Shown here: in pieces, positions 41,701 to 64,000 of the stretch | Numbering within the stretch: position 1 is the first letter of the stretch | How the letters are laid out: each line of letters starts with the position of its first letter | Assembly: GCA_040954595.2 (NCBI GenBank) | Contig: CM082589.2 | Coordinates: 5,701,186-5,765,185, forward strand | Direction of reading: 5' to 3' | DNA: 64,000 nucleotides | Source of the DNA: Balanoglossus misakiensis | Taxonomy: Eukaryota > Animalia > Hemichordata | Program-made: the position numbers and the translations under genes | Notes under the pieces: model-generated | Told to the model about the DNA's origin: nothing | Seen by the model: the letters and a program-made list of their open reading frames with translations, nothing else | The model's database searches: none

Positions 41701-44565
41701 GATGTAGACCTTCATGATTGTTACTGTTATCAAATTCAAAGTCGCCACTATTTGATTTGAGGGCGTTTGTGTTCGATAGCCACATCTTACAAGGAGTTTT
41801 ATTGTCTTCCAGACGTGCCACGATAGCAGACATCTCAGAAATGGCGGATCTCTCGGACAACGAGGAATACGGGTCAGACGAAGGCGCTTTTGATGATTTG
41901 GATTCGCGCGGCGCAAGGACGTTCTCGGACGAAGAGACGAAATCACGATTTACAAATTACTCCATGACGTCCTCCGTTATTAAACGAAATGAGGGACTTA
42001 CACTTTTAGACGACAAATTTGAAAAGGTTTGTAATTGTGTGCATGTGTAATGAAAAGCTATAAAATGTCATTGACATAAAATGTTTTTTTTCTGGAGAAC
42101 TTCTGAATTGCACCACTCATGTACCATACACCGTAAAATAGGACATTTTCGTGACAGGAAATTTACTACTTGTATCTGTCAAGAAATGTAATCGCAATAT
42201 GAATGAAAGCCTTAATAAAATATTCTTACAGAAAAAATCCCACAAAGATGGACGTTAGCAACATTACTAGGTGATGGCACCTTTTCAACTTTATTTTGAG
42301 TAATGATTTTAATTCTCGTCGCCTGCAGGTTTATGAAGAGTACGACGATGATGAAATTGGCGCATTGGATCACGAAGAATTGGCGGGAAAGATCAATACA
42401 GACAGCGATTTGTTACAGTCAGTACTCAGTGAATTTGAAAGACAACAGAAAGAAAAGTAAGTCTCCAAAATGCAGTCAATAGTGGTTATGTACATTATTA
42501 GATAACTTTAGTAGATAACTTTTTAAGCCCGGCTTAGAAGATAACTTTCAAATGAAATGGACTGAAAAACAAATAAATTAAATATTAGAGTAGAAAGTGG
42601 CCAGCTTGTCAGTTTCATTTCAAATTCATCACTCACACCTGCATCTGTTGGCAACATACGTGCCCTTTCTTTGAGATGAATGATGTACATGGCTGTGAGC
42701 AGTCTGTTGCACAAAATGAAATATGGTTTTATAGTGGACAGAGTTTGACCTGCAGCCAACCAGCTACATGGTGGATGACTCCAGCTTTTTGATGCAGCAG
42801 TCAATCTTTCATGGAAATTATGTGAGTTTTGAAATTCCGACTGATATAAATGTAGAGGAGAAGGGTACACATTAGATAACTGTATTCAGGACAAACCACA
42901 TGCAGTCAAAACTGTGATAGTGGCCACCTCTATACAGTGGCAACTTGACGTCATTTTGTTACAGTCCCTGTGTAATCTACGTGTGGTTAAATGGACTAGT
43001 CTATAAAGATCACCTGTCTATAAAGACCAGTTTAGGAAAGTCCCTTGACTGGCTGCTATACACAGGTTAGCACTTGACTGCAGGAAAGTAATATATGTCT
43101 AGTTACTGAAAATTCTGGTTACCTTAATAACATTGCACTGAACAATAATGAATCCTCTTTCGAATTGCAGCAGATCTGTGGATTTCTCAGTACCGCCGCC
43201 CAAACCACCGAAACCGCAACCGAGACGAGAGAAGAAAGAGGAGGCGAAAGACAGGAGGGGTGACGCCAGTTCCGAAGGGGAGGGAGAGGACAGAAAGGGG
43301 CTGCCGGACTTCCGCAGGGACATCATCGACATCAATTACGACGACGACTACAGCACCTCCAGCTCCGAGGATGAGCTGGTCGCCATGGTCACACGGGAGC
43401 CCAAGGAGGCTTGGGATTGTGAGACGATTCTGTCGACGCACTCAACTTTGTACAATCACCCAACCACCATTAAAGAACCCCCAAAGGTATTTTTGGCCAT
43501 CCTTGTACATATGAATTTTCTGTGTCCTATACACAATACATTACAGTGTGGTGCAGTACATTACAATACACTACAATGCAATACTATACAGTACAATATA
43601 ATATACAATACAGTACATTACAGTATAATGTAATACAAGACAATACAACACAAATCAATGGTACAATGTAAATACAACATAAGAGAGCAATACAACAATA
43701 CAATACAGTACTATGCAATACAAAGTACAATACACATGACTATGGATACATTGCAATCAGGTATCTCAATATTGGGAGAGTTAGAGGGTCTGTAGGCACG
43801 GTTGCTGAATTCATTGAACACTCTGTCAACTTTCATTGATTTTGACTGCTTTCAGCCCAAACCAAAACCAAGACCCAAGCCCCAAACGATAGAGCTGTCA
43901 CAGAAAACAGGCATTCCAAAAGACGTGCTGCCAAAGAGACGTACGGCCAACAACCAGTCGTCTGATGAAGACAGCGACTCCGAGGACAAGCCGTCGAGAC
44001 CAATACCCCCACCGCGGAGGAAAAATGAGACTCCGGAAGAAAAGCGGGCCAGGAAACAGATAGTGAAAGAGGAACGGAGGGTATGTATATGTATATGTAA
44101 TGAAGCTAACTTGATCTGTGTCATCGATAAAATGGTGGACAACACGTGGGATGAAAATGACAACAGCAATCATGCACCCATGCTACACTATACGCTCTTA
44201 CGATCACAGTATGTAACCTACTCCTGAAGCGAGACATGCGACACCTGTCTATTTGGATAAGTCGCACCGGGGAAAAAAATTCATTTTGATATCATTTTTG
44301 AGTGACTATACACACAAGGGCTTTCGGTAATATTGGTTACCAGAATTGCTTGATTGAATGTTTGAGTGGTTTGTTGGTTGGTGGATTGATTGATTTCTTG
44401 ATCGATCAGTTAATCAATCAATTGATCAAATATCTATTTGTCGTCTTTCAGGAGAGACGAGTTGAGAAGAAAGCCAACCAGGAAGCTTTCAAATCCGAAG
44501 AGAAAAGACAACAACAGGTCATGTTGAACTTGCAGCAGAACGTACAAGGCCTGAAACTCACATAA
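26723..44565 (+). CDS. LTV1: Protein LTV1 homolog (40S ribosome biogenesis factor), about 501 aa
   Basis: Exons are 26723-26725 (ATG followed by GTGAGT; this start is inferred), 29238-29378, 37816-37962, 41201-41418, 41813-42026, 42329-42456, 43171-43486, 43856-44080 and 44452-44565, totalling 1506 nt in frame. Motifs include FQVVHRSQRDPL, FGVYYEDDYNYLQHLK, ETKSRFTNYSMTSSVIKRNEGLTLLDDKFEK, WDCETILSTHSTLYNHP and ERRVEKKANQEAFK. Confidence 0.93.
29114..29206. repeat. (TTCG)n/(TTCA)n microsatellite upstream of the LTV1 exon 2 acceptor
   Basis: Directly visible. Confidence 0.9.
36500..36680 (-). mobile_element. Dispersed repeat, likely a DNA-transposon remnant (copy 1, LTV1 intron 2)
   Basis: The reverse complement aligns to about 47117-47310 (ccataaggca...caagatggcggcgacca...gatcgggaaaag...gggacaaaac...cttatac...tatttgaatgc). 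Confidence 0.7.
42901..43082. mobile_element. Tc1/mariner-pogo-like MITE in LTV1 intron 6
   Basis: The termini tgcagtcaaaactg... and ...cagg..cttgactgca resemble CAGTCAAACCTG-type inverted repeats; internal cacc..tctata sub-repeats are present. Confidence 0.55.
43530..43735. repeat. Degenerate (TACAA)n pentanucleotide repeat
   Basis: Directly visible in LTV1 intron 7. Confidence 0.85.
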
Positions 44566-47116
44566 AAGAGAGAATTGGAACTCTTTTTGTTTTGGACTGC
44601 ATGGCCAGGTGCGTCCAGGTGTACCGTAGGGTACATACCTAACTGGATGACCCCTGGAGGTGGTGAACTGTACCTTGATGTTGTATTTGGCAAAGTAGCC
44701 ATCAAATATTCACTTTTCTGACGAGAATTAAGACCAAATTCTAACACAGTATACAAAGACTTTAAATGTAATTTCCTCTTTGCTCTTTTCTAACGAGACA
44801 TTTCCAAGCATCGCGATAAAAACCAACAGGAAAATTTCTTGTTTCATCTTGTCTGGTGCTTTTAGAGATTGCAAAAGTCGTAGCAGAGTCACAAACACTT
44901 CTGTATTGTTACAATGTACCAGTTCGAATAACCAGCAACTTAAATGGGCTTGATGGCTTCGTCGTCGTTGTACAGCGCCTCCACAGTCCAACACAACAAC
45001 TTTAGTAAACATAACAGATCTACCTATTTGATCTTTGCCTTGTTTCTGATGTACATGTAAAACCATATTGAAAGAAACGTTATATGTATAAGGGGCTTCC
45101 TGCTGTTGGTTTTGGGGTTCTTGCCGATAAAAGCTGCCATACTTTTTTGAATCCATTTTTCTTTTGAAAAAAGTTTGTTTAGAGTCGTAGACATTTTAAA
45201 TTCTCCTTTGTACAACTTAGGTTTGAAAACCTACATTATCCAGTGTAGCTAGTTATTGAGAATTTGGGATACCATCTGGGACATGCAAAACATTTCGCTT
45301 GTTGTTGCATGTATAGTGTTTGTACATAATGTGCTGCAAGAAGTCTTGAAAAAATGAAATTTTAGGTCTAGAAATTTACTTAAAACTGATCGATACATCT
45401 ATGCCACAGTAAAATGTTACCATAATTTTTTTTACCTCAAATATTCTTTGTTAAAGGCTGATTCTGGTTAATACTGTATTTTTCAGAGAAAGTCTGTATA
45501 GGAACTGTGTATGTAAAACCATATATCCCAAATCCATGTCATATTATGCAAATTAAAACTTTAAAGATACATGAAAACTAACTATCTTACCTCAATGTTT
45601 CTGAACTTAAAATAGACAAACTATAACAAATTTCGGAGATATTAATATTAATACCATGTTATTGAAATATTGTTTACAGAGGCTATATATTAACCACTTT
45701 CACAGAACAATATCCCAGAAAAATTTTAATTTTTTGTTTCAATTTACTAATTTACATGTGTGACAAAACAACTCCAATATTTCAGGTATATTTTACATTT
45801 TGATAGAAAATACTGTAAGAAATAATCATGAGAAAAACTATTCACTGTTGCATATTTTTCAGGTGAAAGGGAGCATTTTTAAAGGTTGATGCAAATTTAA
45901 AATGCAGTTTTGAAATTTGGGCAGGTGCAAGCGTATTTGAAGGGTTTGATAACATTTTACAGGGCTTGTAGTTTGATGGCACCCCATTGGTTAGTTATTA
46001 ATTAAGTATCTGCGCAGACTGGTCACAAAATTTACTTATGGGGGCAGAATGTGGTCAAGTAGTCTTTGTTAAGTTGCATTTGAGACATTGCCTTTTGTGA
46101 TATTTTATACAAATATGATTTCTCGATAAAGTGCAAATTTAATACAGTGATGAATTGTAGAGAGAAGTTTCCATTTTGACGAACAACAGAGTACAGACAT
46201 TGACATTCAGTACTTGAATCTCAATTCAGTGATGTCATCGGCACTGATCAAGCACTGAGCGTTCATTGGACAAGATGAAGCTCATGAATATTTAAATAAT
46301 GATATCACGCTCATTAGTGCAGCTATGTGCTACCTGTGGCATTTTCATTGTACTGAAGTGATTAGGTGGAAGGGGGGGGGGGTATTGGCTAGGCTGGGTT
46401 ATGTTGACAAGAGCCTTTACTATGAAAATATAACGTATTGTCAATGTTCTCAACTTGTACTTTGTATACCAGTGTCTGTTAATTCTGACAAACAGAGTTG
46501 TGATACTGTGATGACCAGCAAATTCAGCATACTTTAGAAAACCCGAAACTTGTCAAATATAGCGTAGAAAAATAGAGAGTAGCTTTATCCTTTGAACATT
46601 CTCTTGCTTACACACCAACTTACTACATGTAATATTATACAAGATCAATTTAATAGCAATGGGTACAGGTTTCATGGGACTTTAGAAGAAAACTTTCAGT
46701 TGGCTCAATGACAATTTCTAGTGAGCTTTGAAATTATATTTACAGCCAATAACCGAGCTCTTTGCAAGTTTCAGTTGTCTGCAAGTTCTCATTTTCTTGA
46801 CTTTAAAAAATTTTGAGTACAAATCTTGATTGTCTGCCTTGTCATTTTTCCAAACCAACCAATTTAATGTTTAAGCTGTACTTGAGTTTTGCTACCAGTT
46901 TTCTTCAAAATAATTTTGAAGCTCATTTTGATAAGTAACCATTCTGATTTTGTATCTGGAATAATCATGCAAGAAAATAAATTCTTCTCTTGACTGAACT
47001 ATCAGTAGACATGTGCTGGTGTTATTATTTATGTTGTATGTGATGTCAGCCCTCCAAGTTCACACCTTCAGCTAGGCCAGGGTATGATAGGTTACAAAAA
47101 ATGCATACAGTTGATA

Positions 47117-47310
47117 CCATAAGGCACTGTGCTGTCCTGACAACAGACAAGATGGCGGCGACCACAGTGTGTGTCATAGATCGGGAAAAGCCAGCAAACT
47201 GGGTGAGAAGGGACAAAACTAAAGTCTGCTTATACAGTATGCGTGAAATATAGACGGAATCAAAGGCAGTCCATTATTTGAATGCGTCGAATGCAAAATT
47301 TGCAGAACAT
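47117..47310 (+). mobile_element. Dispersed repeat, likely a DNA-transposon remnant (copy 2, intergenic)
   Basis: Inverted, diverged copy of 36500-36680. Confidence 0.7.
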
Positions 47311-50300
47311 TTGGATTGAACGTTATGTTTGTACACACAAAATTACACACATTCGCATAATACAACCGTCGGCCATTAACTGCAAAGATCATTAACTCAG
47401 TGAAGAAAGCAGCGCATACAATGATACATACATTATTTGTCTTTATTGATATTTACTTTTCAACAATGTCTACAGGACAGTACGGCAATTGAAACCAAAA
47501 ATAAAAGTGACAATATCTGACAGCAAATATTACTAACCAACTGGATCGTGTGACATTATGTATGTATTCTCTGAATATATTATACAACAGATATTGAAGT
47601 ACACTGTTTGAAAAATAACTCTGTGAGGCAGTTCACCCTCCATTAGTATGCATTTTGGTTGACCGTCGCCAACGACAACAATGGGGCTTGACCAGAACAC
47701 ATCATGTGACGGACATATGACTGTTAACGGCTGTGATATTTCTGAGAACTAGCAAGGCATGGTTTGAAGTTACCATTGGCATATGCAACATCTACAGGGA
47801 GCTGACTGTTCTACTATGTCTACAGTGTAACTAAAAATATGCTGCCTTATTTCATTAAAATTCGATGAACCTGAAAACTAACCAGAATGAAACCTAAAAA
47901 ATACTAAATGTGGTCAAAACAAGTTCAAAATCAACCGCAGCAATTAGTGTATTGCGAGGTGACCACTGCAAACTTCTTGACCCAAAATTAGAATACAGAA
48001 ATTCATTGGGTGCAGCTGCAGGACTGGTTTCATCCAGTGTGTAATTGTAGACCGTAATCTTGCTTCATAAAACACCTGAGCTTTTACAAATTAAAGAGGA
48101 CACACAACTAAGACTGTACGACATGTTGAGTGATTATATCTTGAATGGCGTACTTGGAATAAATTGTGAAATCCAATGCTTTGGTATTGATTGTGTGTAT
48201 GTATATTTTTACCAAGTACCGGTATGTTGATGGACTCGCATGTATGCAGCAGATGTGGACAACACCCATTGATGGCGCTATGCAGTGTGAATTGTGACAG
48301 ATGTACATCAAATGCCAGTGAAAGTCAAATAACATCAATAGAATCAATGTCTTGTTTTCATAGCCAACTACATGTATATCTTGATTTTAAAAAAAGATCT
48401 TTGCCCCAACCACTTGATCTGAGCAATTCTCCCGTCTGCTCGTCATACAGCTTGTAACAGCCAATCACGCAGACTTGTACGAGAAATTTTATGTGTACCA
48501 TATTGTTTTTAACCAACCAAGTGTGCTCATGTAATAGTCACAAGACGTGAGACTCGCATCACCGATTTTAACTGCTTGCAAACATGCCAAATATATTGTC
48601 AAGAATACGTTTTTATGTCTTATATATCGAAAATACATGAAACTCATCGCAAAAAAAAAATCTATAATTCTATGTTAAAGGACTAAATGCTTTACTTAAA
48701 AGATGTTTATGTGGCAGCCACAGATCAGCCTTGTTGCACAGTGCCCCCACAGATGAGTTTTACATATTCTAAAGGCTGGACACAGGAAAAGTGCTCTCAC
48801 ACCACTAAAATTGATTTTTTTTGCGATAACCCGAAAACACAACTTCTAAACATTAAAATTACAACTGAGCTTCTTGTCACGCAAGACATCTTGCACATTA
48901 ACCAGAATACTTCTAAACTATGTTTTTTTTTTCCTGGAAATTACGAAAGCCAATAATACTGGAACATTAATGTGTGTATATTGTACAACTGTTTATTTGG
49001 TAAGGGCTGGACATATAATCGCACACTTTGCTATGTACACATGGATTATTTTTTTCAAATTAATTTCGACATAACCATGGATAGGATACTACCGGTAGCT
49101 GACATGATTTATGGGTTGGTGAATATAAACAATGCACACTGTAATCTATGGAACAGAGGTTGAAAAATTTCATCATGTACTTGCCCAGAAACAAATGCAA
49201 GCAAGAGTATGAAGTTCTAGAAAGACAGAGTCATTCACCGGGCCCGTCTCCCTAAAGTCAGTTCTGTGCCGACATCTTCAAGAATTGATTTATCATCCCT
49301 TTGTTTCGTCAAAGCAAAGTCAATACAAATGTACACCTCACGCTTTAATAATATTAATTATACTGCCTACACAAATTAGCACACAAGTTTCTAATTCTTC
49401 TCGCAAATGAAATCACATGACTCGACACAGCTCAAAACTCTCGACGAGCCTAAAAGACAGGCAATACTAAAAGTCGAACCAGCCAACTGCCAAACCCTAC
49501 ATTTCCTGAATATTTGGCATGGCCCAACTATCACGCAAGGGCCACTGGACTACTACACTTGTAAATAGGGGGTTGTGAGGTTAGTAGTACATAGATGAGA
49601 AAATAGCTTTGCCTAAACTTCTGTTAGAGAACAAATGCATATTCACTAATATCTTGTATGTACCTACAGTTATGTCCTGGATTTTTTTTTCAAAAAATAA
49701 TTCTCAGACATCTCGTGCTATGCAGATGCCATCCACATAAACGATACTGTGCGTTATGCTATCTCATTTTTTTCCTATTTTTGTTTTTGTTTATCACTTG
49801 TGAAATAAAGAGAAAAAATAATAAATATACAGCAGATTGACATAAATCAAAAATAACAAGAGAAATAAAACAAAATTGTGTAAATCTCTAGCAGTTGTAT
49901 GTTTGGTCAGTCTGTGGCATTTAAAATAAAAATTTTCCCAGGTAGTGTTTATACTTTGAAATCTTAAAATGCACCTGAAATATATTAAAATCATCCAGAC
50001 TATGTTTCCCATAATTACATATTCAGAATTTTCTTTCACATCTTCATACTTTTGTAGAATAATTAATGTTCACACAGCTCATTTCATGTATACAGTGGCA
50101 ATATTGAAGAACAATTTGACAGAGGTCAAAGGTCATGTTTAAATATTGTGACAGAAATTCTGGCAGAATGAATCCTTTAAGTTACTGAGAAATAATGCAC
50201 AAATATCCAAGACTAATGAATTCCACATACACAATGATTTTTATTTTTTTTTGCTCAATTTTTTTTCATAACTTGTAACATTGAGAATACTGCCTGGAAA

Positions 50301-50877
50301 ATAAATTTGAAATAAAATATTGCCTCCAAACGTGACCAAATATCAACCGGGTGCTTTAACTAAAATCATTAACTACAAGAAAAGTAATTCTTCAAAACTC
50401 TTTCAAAGATTGACCATAAACATCCAATGATTAACAGGGCCCTTCCGTCCCCTACTTTGCAACGAAAAATGGAATGTCCCACGTGCTTTTCTACAGTGGA
50501 CCAGCCAACACTGGAGGGAGAATGGGGATGTCAGCTCATTCCATGCGGGGTCAACACTACATGTATTTAAAATCTTATGAATCTTTCTCTATTTAAGATG
50601 AATTTGATAGGCAGACACCCAACCGACCCCTTGATAAGAATATACCGATGACGCCAACTGTACTCGCATAAAGAATTATACACACAACATTGACAAAAAA
50701 TATTCAGGTTCATTAGAATCACGAGAAATACACGTCTGCTACAGAATGGAAGTCCTGCTGAATCAGACCTGGCTTCTGTTGACAGTGGATGTCTAGGATC
50801 AATTATCTTGGGTCGAATATAGCCATATTTTTTCGTCTCTCTCTCTCTTTTTTTTTTCAAAAGTGACAAATTCATCA

Positions 50878-61846
<10,969 letters not shown>

Positions 61847-62139
61847 GTTCGGGTAAAATCTTCAGTAAACCAACGGCGAAAATCCAATTCCCACACCGGA
61901 TGAATCAAAATGGAGGTAACCCGGAAGAAGAACGAGTCACAGCTAATCTCCCCGCAATGCGATTCATCCGCAGCATATAGTTCAGAAAGAAACCCTTTGA
62001 AATTATATATTACTGTATGTGTCACACAACATCATTATTTTTCTAAGTCAAAATCAACATTGAAATCATATCTTTGTGTAAAATTGCATATTTATTTTCT
62101 AGAATTCAGAGCGCAACGTTACAAACCGCAATGGTAAAT

Positions 62140-62300
62140 ACCGGTACCGGAACTTTACGGAAATAAAGAAATAGGGGGTGTCACCGAAGATGACGTCGAT
62201 ATATTTACGTCACGTTTCATGGAATATGAATATAAAAGAAGGAGAGAAAGTTGATTGGTCAAGGTCTATCGGTGTCACTTACGTCACGGTACCAATGTGA
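62140..62300. promoter_or_regulatory. Putative SMAP promoter with CRE/ATF-like sites and two CCAAT boxes
   Basis: TGACGTCG at about 62191, TTACGTCACG at about 62206 and about 62279, ATTGG at about 62254 and CCAAT at about 62292, 350-450 bp upstream of the ATG. Confidence 0.5.
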
Positions 62301-64000
62301 ATGGATTTGTAACACAGCTAAAACGCAAGATGTGTTCTGTTGTCGATTACGCCTCATGTTGGCGTACTTCACATGGAAAAAGCACCTGCTGAACGGCTGT
62401 GCGGCATGCAATGCAAAGGCCATAACAAAACAATTCTGGAATCAAGATCCAGATTTGGGGAAATTGGTAAATCTCATTGAGCCAAACGAAAACGATTGAT
62501 TGTCGGACAAGTTTTTCGCTTAGATGTTTTCCTGTAATTCGGCCTAGTGTTAGCATTAGAAATGTGGGAAACATCACTATCGCCATTTTTTAAAAATATT
62601 TGTTTCTTCAGAATGTACGTTATTTACACTCGTGTAAATTAGCCATCTGAATGTATGGTGCATAGAACTACATACTAAGAATCATATTATCTATAGAACA
62701 CGGATGGTAGATTCTGTCGCGAAATTTAAAAGAGTCGATTTTGGAATTCCAGGTAAATATCGATATAGGCTTACATGTATTTGAAAATAAGTCGAATTGT
62801 GATGTGAAACGCCATCACTCACAAACAAAGTGTGGCTTCGTTCGTTTTTATCACCCGAACTTACTACTAGTAGCAGTCGACGAACAATCGTGTGCATGGT
62901 GTACCGGTTCAAGGAAGAAGCGAATAGCCAGACTCTAAAAGATATGATGTAGGTAACATCTTTCGTTCACGGCTAAATTTGACACCCTCTCTCGATTCTC
63001 TGATTTATATAGTTAAACCGAGAGGCTAAGCCGCGTGCCAAACAAAAATAAGGATTACACGGCGGTTCATCATGAAATTAATCATGAAATTAATCGTTTC
63101 TTAACGTCGATAAATCTCCGAATAAAGCCGATCAGCGTCTTCACTTCATGTCTTCACTTCATATATGGAATTTTATTACAGACAGTAAATTCTGCGATAG
63201 AAGTTAGAACTGTTTTTTTTTTTTACTTCACCGCTATCAGCGATTGCACAGTGCAGCTGTGATGGAATTTTTGAACGAAGTCGCTTTCATATAAAAAAAA
63301 ACTGGTCTACGTTCAAATGAAACACCCTGGCAACGATGCCTGCTTCAAGAATATCTCATTTGTCTCCCACAATAAGGACAGAACAACCCCATCACATCAT
63401 GCGCTGTCGTCTAATGCATATGATATACGATTGCTATTAGTCGCAACAGAAATGCAGACTGTTTACGCGTCAGGGGATTTGTAACAAAATTACAGACAGT
63501 CATATTTCATCTGCCGCGCTCGGCTGACCGACATCAATCTGCGCTGGACTGTGTTTACACTTTGATAAGTAAAGTGTGGTGTGTCAATACGCCCATCCAT
63601 CCGTTCATGTCACTTTTCGGAGCCATGTGATTGATTTCTGATAGTAATATTATGTGCGAAGTTAAGTCATTAGTCGCGACTGTTAGGCGGAAATTTCGTT
63701 GCAATCGTAAATCTATTTCTGCGCTTTCTATTTTCGTTGCCAATGATTTCGGATACCGTACATTTTGGAATGTACGCGGCAAAAATCCATTACACCTATT
63801 CTTAAGTTTTCATATTCTTGTAATGACACGGCGTCTGCTTTCTGTCACCGACCGACAGCAATCATGCTTGAAATTAATGCGAAAGCTTCGCAAGATTGCG
63901 TTTCCATTGCATTCCAAGGTGTTTGTGGCATGACGTCATTTTGATTTGTGTAAAGCCTCCATCAATATTCCTGCCGTGTATTTTAATTTCAAGACGGAGA

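Overview
Eukaryotic, intron-rich animal genomic DNA, AT-rich and full of microsatellites and MITE-like repeats. The gene style suggests a marine invertebrate, probably a non-vertebrate deuterostome (inference; the species cannot be determined). Reading splice sites by hand gives four complete multi-exon genes and one partial gene: (1) the 5' end of a signal-peptide gene on the minus strand running off the left edge; (2) a 17-18-exon orphan GABA-B-type class C GPCR (+, 14177-20903/21232); (3) SLC17A9/VNUT (-, 26052-21962), tail-to-tail with the GPCR; (4) LTV1 (+, 26723-44565), head-to-head with SLC17A9; (5) an SMAP1/2-type ArfGAP (-, 61846-50878). The most interesting observations are a tandem array of four duplicated, frame-preserving YQ/poly-Q microexons in SMAP, a GABA-B-like receptor with an altered ligand pocket and two possible C-termini, a displaced degenerate genomic copy of an SLC17A9 exon plus intron 17 kb away, and a MITE hairpin overlapping a splice donor. 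I found no tRNA, rRNA, CRISPR array or intact autonomous transposon. I cannot claim a wholly new biological system from the sequence alone.
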